The notes below the pieces were generated by a model that saw only the letters and a program-made list of their open reading frames with translations, ran no database searches and was not told the DNA's origin. A stretch of 64,000 bases of DNA from Thiohalocapsa sp. Its GTDB lineage: Bacteria; Pseudomonadota; Gammaproteobacteria; Chromatiales; Chromatiaceae. Shown one piece after another: positions 26,924 to 37,047 of this stretch. Positions within the stretch are counted from its first letter, which is position 1; each line of letters begins with the position of its first letter. The position numbers and the translations under genes are program-made. The stretch is from positions 1,507 through 65,506 of the forward strand of contig JAIPFF010000024.1 of the NCBI GenBank assembly GCA_021736785.1, given 5' to 3'.

Positions 26924-28072
26924 TTAACCCGATGCCCCGCCGGCCGGCGGCGCGCTTGCCGAGGCAAGCGTCTTGCGCAAGTCGGTTTCCATCTGCTGCA
27001 ATTCGGTGCTCGCCGCGGCGCGTGCCCGCTTACCCTCGTCGGCGATGCGCAGGCTCTCTTCGATGGTCTCGATCAGCGCCTGATTGGCCTGTTTGACCAC
27101 TTCGATGTCGAACACGCCCCGCTCGATTTGCCGGCGCGCTTCGGCGTTCGCCTGTTTCAAATTCTCCGCATTCGCCCGCAGTAGATCGTTGGTCAGGTCC
27201 GTTGCAGCCTTCACGGTTTCCGCGGCGCGACCGGAACGATAGATGGTCACGGCTTGGGCCAACTGCTGGCGCCACAAAGGCACCGTGTTGACCAGGGTCG
27301 AATTGATCTTGTTGATCAACCCCTTGTCGTTTTCCTGCACGAGCCTGATGCTCGGCAGGGCCTGCATCGCCACCTGCCGGGTCAGGCGCAGGTCATGCAC
27401 GCGGCGCTCGAGATCGTCCCGCGCGCCGCGCAAATCCCGCAGATTCTGGGCCTGGACCATGTCGGACTCGGCCTCGACCTTTGCCTGCAGCGCCGGGATC
27501 GTTTGCTCGTCGAGCTCGGCGAGCTTGGCCTCGCCGGCGGCAATGTAATGCTCGAGCTCGCGGAAATAATCGAGATTGGCATCGTAGAGCCGGTCGAGCG
27601 CCGTCACGTCGGTCAGCAAGCGCGTCTTGTGACGCTCCAAGTCCAGCGTGATGCGGTCGATATGATCGCGCACGCCTTCGTATTCCTGCAGGAAGCGCAC
27701 GATCGGCTTACCCGCGCCGAACAACCGGCTGAAAAATCCGGGCTTGGCGTTCGGATCCAGCGCTTCGACATCGAAGCCGCGCAATGTGCCTACCATCTCG
27801 CTCAACGATCCGCCCGCGGCCCCGGTGTCTTTGCTGCGCACGCCATCGAGCATCTGATCCGACACCACGGTGAGCTGCTGCTGCGCCTTGGCGCCGAAGT
27901 GCATGATCGAGCTGCTGTCGGTCAGATCGAGCTCCGCGAGCAGACCTTTGATTTCGTTTTGTTCTTCGGGCGGCGCGTCGGCCAGCGCAACGATCTCGCC
28001 GCGCGGCTCGGCCAAGGTCGGCAGCCCCGCGCTGGCGGGCGAATGGGCCGGATCGGGTGTTTGTTGGTTCAT
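26924..28072 (-). CDS. telA: toxic anion resistance protein, TelA/KlaA/YaaN family
   Basis: 382 aa, long helical and charged. 'SSSIMHFGAKAQQQL', 'LDLERHKTRLLTDVTALDRLYDANLDYFRELEHYIAAGE' and 'LRLTRQVAMQALPSIRLVQEND' are typical of TelA. Confidence 0.85.
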   Translation of the reverse strand: MNQQTPDPAHSPASAGLPTLAEPRGEIVALADAPPEEQNEIKGLLAELDLTDSSSIMHFGAKAQQQLTVVSDQMLDGVRSKDTGAAGGSLSEMVGTLRGFDVEALDPNAKPGFFSRLFGAGKPIVRFLQEYEGVRDHIDRITLDLERHKTRLLTDVTALDRLYDANLDYFRELEHYIAAGEAKLAELDEQTIPALQAKVEAESDMVQAQNLRDLRGARDDLERRVHDLRLTRQVAMQALPSIRLVQENDKGLINKINSTLVNTVPLWRQQLAQAVTIYRSGRAAETVKAATDLTNDLLRANAENLKQANAEARRQIERGVFDIEVVKQANQALIETIEESLRIADEGKRARAAASTELQQMETDLRKTLASASAPPAGGASG

Positions 28073-28267
28073 CGTCGGTTCCTCGCGACGGATATCGGTC
28101 CGCCATCGTACTGAGGGCGGCGAATGCCGTCATCCGTGCACGGCATGCGTCGCCACGCTTTGTGGATTTTCCTAGGGCGGCGGCCACGGGCGCGTCGATC
28201 CCGCGCTACCGCTGGTCCTCGGGTCGCGGACGCGGGGTCGGTCGAGCGGCGTCGCCGCCGCATGCGG

Positions 28268-29227
28268 TCAGCGAATACCTTCCTGCTCGAGCTGTTTCTT
28301 CAATACCTCGATCTGCACGTCGAGATCGAGCACGTCGGCTTGGCGCAGACGCTCGCGCTGGCGGGCGAACTGATCCTCGATGGTCACCAGCACATTGCGG
28401 AAATTCTGCTCCAGTTCGTCGGAATCCGCATACCGGTGCGTGCGCACATAGCCATCCGTGACTTGCTCGGCACCCTCGAGGAACACCGTCAGAAAGCGCC
28501 GGGCGCGGCGCAGGTCCGACGGCCTTGCCGCAATCTGATCCAGCATCCCCCGACCCTGATCGGCAATGCGTGCGAGCCGCTGTCGCAGTTCGGGGTTGCC
28601 GATGGCCGCCGCGGCGCGATCGATATTGAGCAGCCGGCGCTCCGCGTCCGCCAGTGCATCGGCAACGGCCCGGCTCTCCTTGTCCGGTGCCTCGAGCCGG
28701 CGCCCGATCACGAGGGGCTCGAGCCCATAGGCGAAATGGAAGCCGAGCACGGCAACCGCACCGAAGGCGAGACTGACAGCGGGCGTATGGCCGATACCCA
28801 GCAGCGCCGCCACCGCGGTGCCGGCGCCGACAAAGGCGGCGCCGATGTTTTTCAACGGCAGCCGCAACGTGCGCGAGAAGCGCCGCTCGCGGCCCGCTTC
28901 GGCATCTGCGAAACCGCGTGCCGTGAGCAGTGCGCCGCCCGCCACGAGCCCCCAGGCAGCAGCATCGCCGACGAAGCCCTGCAAACGCCCGGCGGCCAAG
29001 GCGGTGACGGCCGACAGCAGCAGCGGCGACGACAGCACCCAGAGCAGAATCGGCGTGCGGCGGCGTCGCTTTGCACCCCTGTTTCTGGCGGGCCGCGCCG
29101 ACGCCGCGGGCTGCGTCGGGCGGCGCACGGTCAGATCGCCGGCGCTGCGCAGCAGATCATCGAGACTGCGTTCTCTGCCGCCCACCTCGACCCGGTCTTT
29201 CTCGCGCACGCGATCGCGACCGGTCAT
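28268..29227 (-). CDS. xpaC: XpaC-like (5-bromo-4-chloroindolyl phosphate hydrolysis family) membrane protein
   Basis: ORF 28268..29737, trimmed to the ATG at 29227. The start is uncertain; ATG 29446 is also possible. Four hydrophobic helices, then 'RRARRFLTVFLEGAEQVTDGYVRTHRY...LEQNFRNVLVTIEDQF'. Its position after telA mirrors the yaaN-xpaC pairing. Confidence 0.65.
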   Translation of the reverse strand: MTGRDRVREKDRVEVGGRERSLDDLLRSAGDLTVRRPTQPAASARPARNRGAKRRRRTPILLWVLSSPLLLSAVTALAAGRLQGFVGDAAAWGLVAGGALLTARGFADAEAGRERRFSRTLRLPLKNIGAAFVGAGTAVAALLGIGHTPAVSLAFGAVAVLGFHFAYGLEPLVIGRRLEAPDKESRAVADALADAERRLLNIDRAAAAIGNPELRQRLARIADQGRGMLDQIAARPSDLRRARRFLTVFLEGAEQVTDGYVRTHRYADSDELEQNFRNVLVTIEDQFARQRERLRQADVLDLDVQIEVLKKQLEQEGIR

Positions 29228-29558
29228 AGGAAAAACATCGACTGGCACGATACCAGTCCCAGGCTCATCGAAAGAATACCCCAGCCAAGCACCCGCATCG
29301 GGAGGCTCGGCGCACGCGCGGTCGCCGGCTCGGTCTTCGGTATCGGCTGCGTAGCTTTCATGACGATGTTTGCATTCGATCTGTTGGCGATTCGACCCGC
29401 TCCGGGCGCCGCGGTTTCGGAGCCCGCGGTCGGCGCGCGTTGTCATCTGCGACAAGCGACAGCGCCGCGGCACCCCGAGGAGCGCCGAAGGCGCCGGCGT
29501 CGTCCGCGCGTCATTGCCCGACATTATGCATGTAAATTTGCCGGCGAATCGCCGCGCA

Positions 29559-32012
29559 TCAAGCCTTGGCGGCCGGTGATTCGAGGTTCCGAGCGGGCAG
29601 CACATCGCGTCCGCCGAGCAGGAGTCGACGGGCGCCCTCCGTCGTCGCGGGCTTGCCGAACAGATGTCCTTGTCCCCATTGGCACCCCAGGGCGCGCAGC
29701 AGCGCGAGCTGGGACGGATCCTCGATACCTTCGGCAATCACGCTCAAGCGCATCGCCTTGGCCATCGCCACCATGGCCGTCACCAGCGCGCGGTCTTCTT
29801 CGCGGGTGCACATTTGCGCGACGAACGAGCGGTCGATCTTGATGCAGTCGATTCGAAAGCGCCGCAGATAGCTGATCGATGCGTAGCCGGTGCCGAAGTC
29901 ATCGATATGGATGGCGACACCGAGCCGCACCAGATCATTCAGGCGGTTGGTGTTGCTGTGGGTCAGATCCACCAGCACCGTTTCCGTGATCTCCATATGC
30001 AGGTCGTTCGGGCGGAGCGCGAATCGCCGTATCAGCTGCGCGAGCCGCTCCGCCAAATCCTCGCGCTGCAAGTAGGCGGCGGAGATATTCACGGCAATCG
30101 GCACGGTGGCCACGCCGTCGGCTTTCCATGCCGCGATTTGCGCGCAGACCGCGCCGAGCGTCCAGCGCGTCACGTCCTGAATCAGCCCGGTATCCTCGGC
30201 GATGGGGATGAATCGGTCGGGCTCGACCGGCCCGAGCTCCGGATCGGTCCAGCGCAACAGGGCCTCGAAGCCCTGCAGGCGACCGCTGCGCAGATCGGCA
30301 ATGGGCTGGTAGTGCACCTCGAGATGCCCGCCCTCCACCGCGAAGCGCAGCCTTTTTTCGATGCGCAGACGCTCGGAGGCGCGCTCGTTGAGCTCCGCGG
30401 AAAAGAAGCGGAACGCGTTGCGGCCGTCGCTCTTGGCCCGGTACATAGCAAGATCGGCGCAGCGGATGAGCTCATCGGCGGCGCCCGCGTCACGCGGGTG
30501 AAGTGCGATCCCGACACTCGCCGTCACGACGTACTCGGCGCCGCCGAGCTCGAACGGCTCCTGGGCGGTGGCAAGCACCGCGCGTGCGAGATCCGCCGCG
30601 GCGTTGGCGTCGGCGAGCTCGTCGGCGATCAGCAACAGCTCATCGCCGCCGAGGCGGGCCAGATGCAGGTCGATGCCGAGCCCTCGGGGCTCAAGCAGCT
30701 TGACCAGCCGGGCGGCCAGCGTCCTGAGCAGTTTATCGCCCACCGCATGGCCTAGGTTATCGTTGATTTGCTTAAAATTATCGAGATCGAGGAAGATGAC
30801 CGCCAGGACCCCTTCGATCCGGCGCTTTGCGCCCAGGCGCTCGAGCAGCTGCTCGCGGATCAGGTGACGGTTGGGCAGGCCGGTGAGCTGGTCGTGAAAA
30901 GCCAAGTGTTCTATCTGGTCCCGGTACTCGACCAGTCGGGCGCTCATCTCGCGCAGGTCCGATGCGAGCAGTCCCAGCTCGTCCCGGCTATAGACTGCGA
31001 TCTCCGGGCGCAATTGCCCCTCGCCGATGGCCCGTGCGGCATCGCGCAGCTGCTGCAACGGACGCAGTACCAGACGACGCAGCCAGCCGAACAGGACGGT
31101 TGCCAGCAGCAGCCCGATCAGCAGCGTCACCGTCACCACCTGCAGCGCCAGCCCCAGCAGCGGCGCCATCAAGGCGTCCCGCGGCAGTGCCACCAACGCA
31201 TAGATCCCGGCCCCAATCGGCCGGAACTGGATCAAGGTGCTGCGGCCCTCCCAATCGATGGTGTCGGGTGCTCGCGGATCGAGAAGCAGCGGCAGGCGAT
31301 CGCGGACATCTGACGGGAGTTGCTGGCCGTCCCATCGCTTGCGGCGATCGTAGAGAACACGGGCATCGGGCAGCACCAGGAGCAGATTGCCGTCGAAGTC
31401 CATCGGCTGTACCGCGAGACGCGAGTAAACCCAGGCCAAAGACACGGTCACCGAAATGAAGCCGCGAACCTCGAAGGTCTCGTCCGGGTCGCTGTCCACG
31501 GCTTGCCTGACGGACACGCGACGATAGAGAAGCAGCGCATCCTCGTCGGGATCGATGCGCATCGAGAGGGCGTCCTGACCGGCTGCCAGCGCCTGCAGAT
31601 CGGCCTCTTCCCGGCGACTCGAACGCTCGTAGCCGGGCGTCGCGACGCGAATGTCCTCCGTGCCGTCCGAAGTGAGAAAGCGGATCTCCAGGTATTCGGG
31701 GAACGCGGCTCGATAGTCTTCGAACAGCTGCCGCATCTGGGGGCGGAACAGGCGCTCGCGATGATAGGCATTGGTCGAGCGCGTGTAGCGCGTGGTCTCC
31801 GGCGCCATGGCCAGGAGGGCGGCGTTCGCTTTCGCCGCCGACAACAAGTCCGTCATACCCTGCTCGGCGAGCAGCAGCGACGTTTCCATGCCGCGGATGG
31901 CCTCGCGCCTGAGATCGGCGCCCATCGAGGCCCAGGCCAGCCATCCGAGCGCCAGCACCGGCGCGGCGACCAGCGGTACCAGTGCCAGAGCGAGCTTCGC
32001 CTGCAGGCGCAT
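29559..32012 (-). CDS. membrane sensor with periplasmic domain, HAMP, GGDEF and EAL domains (c-di-GMP turnover)
   Basis: 817 aa with two TMs flanking a ~270-aa periplasmic region. HAMP-like 'LRPLQQLRDAARAIGEG'. GGDEF domain with 'RLGGDELLLI'. EAL domain with 'FEALLRW', 'NISA', 'EITE', 'DDFGTGYAS' and 'IKIDRSF'. Confidence 0.9.
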   Translation of the reverse strand: MRLQAKLALALVPLVAAPVLALGWLAWASMGADLRREAIRGMETSLLLAEQGMTDLLSAAKANAALLAMAPETTRYTRSTNAYHRERLFRPQMRQLFEDYRAAFPEYLEIRFLTSDGTEDIRVATPGYERSSRREEADLQALAAGQDALSMRIDPDEDALLLYRRVSVRQAVDSDPDETFEVRGFISVTVSLAWVYSRLAVQPMDFDGNLLLVLPDARVLYDRRKRWDGQQLPSDVRDRLPLLLDPRAPDTIDWEGRSTLIQFRPIGAGIYALVALPRDALMAPLLGLALQVVTVTLLIGLLLATVLFGWLRRLVLRPLQQLRDAARAIGEGQLRPEIAVYSRDELGLLASDLREMSARLVEYRDQIEHLAFHDQLTGLPNRHLIREQLLERLGAKRRIEGVLAVIFLDLDNFKQINDNLGHAVGDKLLRTLAARLVKLLEPRGLGIDLHLARLGGDELLLIADELADANAAADLARAVLATAQEPFELGGAEYVVTASVGIALHPRDAGAADELIRCADLAMYRAKSDGRNAFRFFSAELNERASERLRIEKRLRFAVEGGHLEVHYQPIADLRSGRLQGFEALLRWTDPELGPVEPDRFIPIAEDTGLIQDVTRWTLGAVCAQIAAWKADGVATVPIAVNISAAYLQREDLAERLAQLIRRFALRPNDLHMEITETVLVDLTHSNTNRLNDLVRLGVAIHIDDFGTGYASISYLRRFRIDCIKIDRSFVAQMCTREEDRALVTAMVAMAKAMRLSVIAEGIEDPSQLALLRALGCQWGQGHLFGKPATTEGARRLLLGGRDVLPARNLESPAAKA

Positions 32013-32483
32013 CCGCTAGCGGCCCGGACCGTCGAGCCCGGCGCCGTCGGCACCGGTAACGGCCATACGCGGCGGATGCCCGCCGACGCGCGGAAGGCGG
32101 ATCGGACCAGACACGGCAGCGTAGGTCTGCAGCGGCGAATCGGAAACGGGAAAACGCATTACGAGTGCATCAGGCACGAGCGGCGACAAACGTTCGTTCG
32201 GTGGTCATCAAGGACTCCGGCGACGAGACGCCAGCATAGCATCGACAGGTGTCGCGGCACCGCACCACGCACACGAAGCGCCCCCACAAGACAGGAGAAT
32301 CCCGACGGAGGCATCGCAGCACAGGCCGGCGTGCGGCAGGGAGGCTTGCGCAATGTTTGCGATAACCTTACGCGGTTCATGCAAATGTGCCGGTCATACT
32401 TGCCATCAAGACGGAGCACACGGGCTCCGCCCGGGCGTGATCCCGAGGGACACCCCCATTGCAAGCCAGACCGGAGTAACCCC

Positions 32484-32945
32484 ATGAAAATGCAGACAGT
32501 CTCCTTGTTCAAAGCCGCCGGTTTCGCAGTCACGGGCGCATTTGCGCTGCTGGTCGCCAGCGCCGCCGCGGCGCAGCCCTGCGGCATGCCGTTCGGCACC
32601 GGCGCGGGGGCACCGGCTGCCGGCCCCCCGGCCTTCGCCGCGATCGACAGCGACGGCGACGGACTGGTCTCCGCCGATGAGCTCGCCCTGCACCGGGCGA
32701 CGCGGATTGCAGCGCGCTCCGCCGAAGGACGCATGCTGCGCAACGCCGGCAATGCCCCCGCGTTCGAAAGCTGGGATCTCGATGGCGACGGCATGCTGAG
32801 CGCGGCGGAGCTCGATAGTGGACGTCAAGCCCGACTCGCGGACCGCGGCGCCGGATATGGCGCCGGGTACGGACCCGGCTATCGGGCGGGAGCCGGCGCC
32901 GGGGCCGGGCGTGCCGCGGGTGGTCCCTGCCCGCGGCGCCGGTAA
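32484..32945 (+). CDS. secreted EF-hand calcium-binding protein
   Basis: ORF 31320..32945, trimmed to the ATG at 32484. Signal peptide 'FKAAGFAVTGAFALLVASAAAAQP'. Two canonical 12-residue loops, 'DSDGDGLVSADE' and 'DLDGDGMLSAAE'. Gly/Ala/Tyr-rich tail. Confidence 0.75.
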   Translation: MKMQTVSLFKAAGFAVTGAFALLVASAAAAQPCGMPFGTGAGAPAAGPPAFAAIDSDGDGLVSADELALHRATRIAARSAEGRMLRNAGNAPAFESWDLDGDGMLSAAELDSGRQARLADRGAGYGAGYGPGYRAGAGAGAGRAAGGPCPRRR

Positions 32946-33145
32946 GCCGCAGCTCGCAGTGGCCATGATGGCATCGGCGGCGCGGGCGCGGCGCCGCCGC
33001 GATTTCCGCTTTCCGGCATGACGATAAAGCGCGTCGGCACGCACCAGCCGGGCGCGGCCGCCGACACCCATCGGCGGCTGCGCCCTCGCTCGGCGAATGC
33101 TAGGCTCGGCACTTGCCGCACCATCGATGCACCGCACGCTCCGCC

Positions 33146-33484
33146 ATGGCATGCTCCCGCTTTTCGCCGCCGATCACGGCCGCAGCCCTTTGGATCGCGA
33201 TGGCGTGGGTCTTGCCGATTCATCCTTCCGTTGCCGGCAAGGACGACGCCGCCCTCGCAAGACGCCTGTTGGCGGAAGGCGCGATCCTGCCGCTGGAGCA
33301 TTTCATCCACCGCGCCCGTGCGATCGTGCGGGGCACGCTGATCGACGCCGAGCTGTCCTACGAGGCCGAGCATCGAGCCTATGTCTACGAGATCAGGATG
33401 CTCGGTCCGTCCGGCGATGTTCGGGAATTGGAATTCGACGCCGCCACGGGCGTGCTGATCGAGCACGAATACGACGACGACTGA
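33146..33484 (+). CDS. PepSY domain-containing secreted protein
   Basis: ORF 33113..33484 (TTG start), trimmed to the ATG at 33146. Signal-like 'ITAAALWIAMAWVLPIHPSVAG'. 'AELSYEAEHRAYVYEIRMLGPSGDVRELEFDAATGVLIE' resembles PepSY. Confidence 0.65.
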   Translation: MACSRFSPPITAAALWIAMAWVLPIHPSVAGKDDAALARRLLAEGAILPLEHFIHRARAIVRGTLIDAELSYEAEHRAYVYEIRMLGPSGDVRELEFDAATGVLIEHEYDDD

Positions 33485-33494
33485 GCTCGGAGCC

Positions 33495-34172
33495 ATGCGG
33501 TTACTGCTGATCGAAGACGACGCCGACCTTGGCCGCGGACTGCGCCGAGACCTGCTCTCGGCCGGCTTCGCCGTCGACTGGGCGATGACCGGCACCGAAG
33601 GCGCATTCCTAGGCGTCGATCAACCCTATGATGCGATCATTCTGGATCTCGGCCTGCCGGACAAGCCCGGTCTCGAGGTGCTGCATGATTGGCGTGCCGC
33701 TCAGATGAGCACGCCCGTGCTGATCCTGACCGCACGGGATGCCTGGCACGAACGGGTCGACGGGCTGAAGGCAGGCGCCGACGACTATCTCGGCAAACCC
33801 TTCCACGTCGAAGAGCTGATCGCGCGGCTGCAGGCGCTGGTGCGCAGGGCCGCGGGCCAAACCTCGCCGCAACTGTCCGTGGGCGGCCTGGTCCTGGACG
33901 AAGACCGGCAATGCGTGCGCTTGCCCACGGGTGCGCAGGCGGACCTGACCGGAACCGAATTTCGGCTGTTGCGCTACTTCATGCGCAATCCCGACAAGGT
34001 GCTGTCGAAGGACCGCTTGACCGGGCACGTCTATGACCAATACGCCGAGCACGGAAGCAACCTGATCGAGGTCTACGTGCGCCGGCTGCGGGAAAAGATC
34101 GGCCGCGAGCGCCTGCGTACACAGCGAGGGCAGGGCTACGTATTCCCGTCCGATCCCGGCGCCGAGCGCTGA
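33495..34172 (+). CDS. OmpR/PhoB-family response regulator
   Basis: 225 aa. Receiver domain 'MRLLLIEDD...DAIILDLGLPD...VLILTARD...GADDYLGKPF'. Winged-helix 'LTGTEFRLLRYFMRNPDKVLSKDRL...RGQGYVF'. Confidence 0.93.
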   Translation: MRLLLIEDDADLGRGLRRDLLSAGFAVDWAMTGTEGAFLGVDQPYDAIILDLGLPDKPGLEVLHDWRAAQMSTPVLILTARDAWHERVDGLKAGADDYLGKPFHVEELIARLQALVRRAAGQTSPQLSVGGLVLDEDRQCVRLPTGAQADLTGTEFRLLRYFMRNPDKVLSKDRLTGHVYDQYAEHGSNLIEVYVRRLREKIGRERLRTQRGQGYVFPSDPGAER

Positions 34173-34182
34173 CGGGCACCTG

Positions 34183-35541
34183 ATGCATTCGCTGGCCAAC
34201 CGTCTGCATTTGGGCCTCGCCGCCAGTCTGGCGCTGCTGATCGCCGCCGCCTGGGCCCTCGGCCACGATGCATTGCACCGCAGCACCGAGGCCTATGTGC
34301 TGTCGCGCCTGCAGCACGACGCGGAGGCGCTGCTCGGCGCGCTGGGGCAAGATCCCGACGGCTTACGGCAGCCGGTCCGCGAAGATCTGATGCCGATCTA
34401 CGGTCAGCCGTTTTCGGGCCACTACTTCGAGGTGGTCATCGACGACGGCGCGACCATCGTCTCGCGCTCCCTCTGGGACCGCGACTTGGACCCGCCGCGT
34501 ATCGCGCCCGGCGACGTGCAGCAATGGACCATGTCCGGACCGGGCGGTCAGCAACTGCTGGTTCGCGGGGCCGGCTACGAGTTGGCGGGGCGGCGGATCA
34601 CCATCGCCGTTGCGGAAGATCTGACGCCGCTGGTGGATGTCCTGCACGGCTTCGAGCGACTGTTCGCGATACTCGCCGTCTCGGGACTGCTGCTGATGCT
34701 GCTGATCCAACGCTGGATTGTCCAGCGCACCTTCCGCCGCCTGCGCCCTGTCTATCGCGACATCGACGATCTGGAGCGCGGCAAAAAGCGCCAGCTGACC
34801 GAAGACGTGCCCATCGAGATCCTGCCGCTGGTCAGCAAGTTGAATCGGCTGCTCGAGGTCTACGAGAAACGCCTGCAGCGATCGCGCAACGCGGCCGGCA
34901 ATCTGGCCCATGCACTGAAGGCACCGTTGAACCTGATGTTGCAACAGCTCGATCGCGGCGAGTCGCCGCTGGCACGCGAGGGGCGCACGATCTGCAGTCA
35001 GCAGGTTCAGCGGGTACGCGATTTGGTGGAGCGAGAGCTCAAGCGGGCACGCATCGCCGGCAGCGGATCGCCCGGCTCGGTGTTCGATCCGGCTGCAGAG
35101 CTTCCGGCGCTGCGCGAAGTGCTGCTGCGAATGTATGCAGGCAAGGCGCTATCCATCGACTGCCGGTTCGATCCTAGGCGGCCCCTGAATGCCGACCGCG
35201 AGGACATGCTCGAGCTCTTCGGAACGCTGCTCGACAATGCCTGCAAGTGGGCCGATGGCGAGGTCCGCTGCCGGATGTCGGAGAGCGCGGGCGGCGTCAT
35301 CATCAGCATCGAAGACGACGGCCCCGGATGCCCGGAGGCCGAGATCGCGGCGATCGGCACGCGCGGCGCCCGCCTGGACGAGCGCGTGGCGGGCCACGGC
35401 CTCGGGCTGTCCATCGCCCGCGAGATCGTCGATCTCTACCAGGGCACTCTGTCGCTCGGTCAGTCGCGAGCCCTCGGCGGCTTCGAGGCCTTGGTGGAGC
35501 TCCCGCTGCGCCTGGCGCAGCCTTGCGCACACCCCCAATAG
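34183..35541 (+). CDS. sensor histidine kinase (PhoQ/ColS-like; periplasmic loop, HAMP, HisKA, HATPase_c)
   Basis: 452 aa. H-box 'AAGNLAHALKAPLN', N-box 'LLDNACKWA', G-boxes 'EDDGPGCP' and 'GHGLGLSIAREI'. Confidence 0.9.
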   Translation: MHSLANRLHLGLAASLALLIAAAWALGHDALHRSTEAYVLSRLQHDAEALLGALGQDPDGLRQPVREDLMPIYGQPFSGHYFEVVIDDGATIVSRSLWDRDLDPPRIAPGDVQQWTMSGPGGQQLLVRGAGYELAGRRITIAVAEDLTPLVDVLHGFERLFAILAVSGLLLMLLIQRWIVQRTFRRLRPVYRDIDDLERGKKRQLTEDVPIEILPLVSKLNRLLEVYEKRLQRSRNAAGNLAHALKAPLNLMLQQLDRGESPLAREGRTICSQQVQRVRDLVERELKRARIAGSGSPGSVFDPAAELPALREVLLRMYAGKALSIDCRFDPRRPLNADREDMLELFGTLLDNACKWADGEVRCRMSESAGGVIISIEDDGPGCPEAEIAAIGTRGARLDERVAGHGLGLSIAREIVDLYQGTLSLGQSRALGGFEALVELPLRLAQPCAHPQ

Positions 35542-35763
35542 TCACGGCAGCTCGTATCGGCCGCGCCGCGCGCCGGCCTCCGACCAGCATCGAGCGCGGC
35601 CTCTGCTGCGCGCTGCAACCGGCATGGACGCCGAGCGCTGCATCGACGTCCCGTCGACGCACCGGCGACCGCCGCAATTCACCCATCACCGAATCCGCCG
35701 GCGCCCGGCCGGTCTCCGACGCCGTTCAGCTCGATTTCAGCCTGTGCGCTTATCGTTGCCGCC

Positions 35764-37047
35764 ATGAGCAGGATCGTGCACACCCTTCGTGAACCGCGCC
35801 GCATCAGATGCGGCTTCAGGCGCGGCATGCCGGCCGTTGCCTCGGCCGTTCTGCTGGCCGCCGCGGCACTGGTCGGCACCCACGCGCAAGCCACCACCCT
35901 CGGCGAGACGGTCAGCAAAGCGCTCGAGCTGGCCAATCAACAAAGCAGAGTCGCCGCACTGCGCGGCGAGGGCCGGGCGATAGAGACCCAGGCGCGCTCG
36001 CTCACCGCCGCGGACCCCGCGCTGCGCCTGAAGCTGCTGTCGGATCGCGCCACCGAGAACGACGGCGCCTATGAGTTGGAGGCGATGGTCGACATGCCGC
36101 TGTGGCTGCCGGGGCAGCGCGGTGCCCGTGTCGCACTCGCGCAAGCGCTCGGCGCGCGAGCGGACGCGCTGCAACGGCTGTTGCGCTGGGAGATGGCGGG
36201 CCTGGTGCGCGAGGCGGCTTGGACTGCGGCCCTGGCCGACGGCCGGCGTCGCCAGGCTGCCGCCGCGCTCGCCGCTGCCCGATCCCTCGAGGCCACGGTG
36301 CGCAAGCGCACCGTCGCAGGTGAGTTGGCGAAGATGGACCTGCTGGTCGCGCGCCAGGAAACCCTGACCCTCGAAGGCGCTCTGAGCGCCGCCGAGCGTG
36401 AGCAGGCGCAGGCGGTGGCCGCGCTGGCGCAGCTCACCGGCGCGCAGCAGATACCGCAGCCGCTGCCCGACGCCGAGCCCGGTGGCGACATGGCGTCGGC
36501 CGCGACGCTGCCGGACACCCATCCGTTGCTGGCCAGCGGGGGCGGTGCACTCTCGCAAGCGCAGGCCGAGCGAGAGCGAGAGCGCGCCGACCGGCGCGGG
36601 AATCCGGTGCTGAGCATCGGCGGCCAGCGCGCGCGCGACGACCGTGCGCTGGACGCCGTCGACGCAATTCAGCTGGAGGTGAGCCTGCCGTTCGGACTCA
36701 AGCGCCAGGCAGCGCCGCGCATCGCCGCCGCCGAGCGCGCCTATACCGAACAGCTGGCGGAGCTCCATCGCATCCGCCGCGAGGCGCAGCGGACACTGGA
36801 GGCATCGGTCCTGGCCGATCAAGGCGCCGCCGCTGCCCTTGTCGCCGCCGAGCGTCGCGCCGCCCTGGCCGCGGAGGCATTGAGCCTTGCACGTCGCGCG
36901 TTCGACCTCGGCGAGGCCGATCTGACGACGCTGCTGCGGGCCGAGGAGCGTGCCCGCGAGGCCAATCTGGACTCGGAGCTGCGCCGGCTGGAGCGCGGCC
37001 GCGCCATTTCGCGCCTGAACCAAGCCCTGGGAGTAATACCGCAATGA
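35764..37047 (+). CDS. TolC-family outer membrane efflux protein (CzcC/CusC-like)
   Basis: 427 aa, Ala/Leu/Arg-rich helical repeats typical of outer membrane factors. The start is uncertain; an in-frame ATG at 35827 gives a cleaner signal peptide, 'MPAVASAVLLAAAALVGTHAQA'. ATGA overlap with the next gene. Confidence 0.75.
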   Translation: MSRIVHTLREPRRIRCGFRRGMPAVASAVLLAAAALVGTHAQATTLGETVSKALELANQQSRVAALRGEGRAIETQARSLTAADPALRLKLLSDRATENDGAYELEAMVDMPLWLPGQRGARVALAQALGARADALQRLLRWEMAGLVREAAWTAALADGRRRQAAAALAAARSLEATVRKRTVAGELAKMDLLVARQETLTLEGALSAAEREQAQAVAALAQLTGAQQIPQPLPDAEPGGDMASAATLPDTHPLLASGGGALSQAQAERERERADRRGNPVLSIGGQRARDDRALDAVDAIQLEVSLPFGLKRQAAPRIAAAERAYTEQLAELHRIRREAQRTLEASVLADQGAAAALVAAERRAALAAEALSLARRAFDLGEADLTTLLRAEERAREANLDSELRRLERGRAISRLNQALGVIPQ

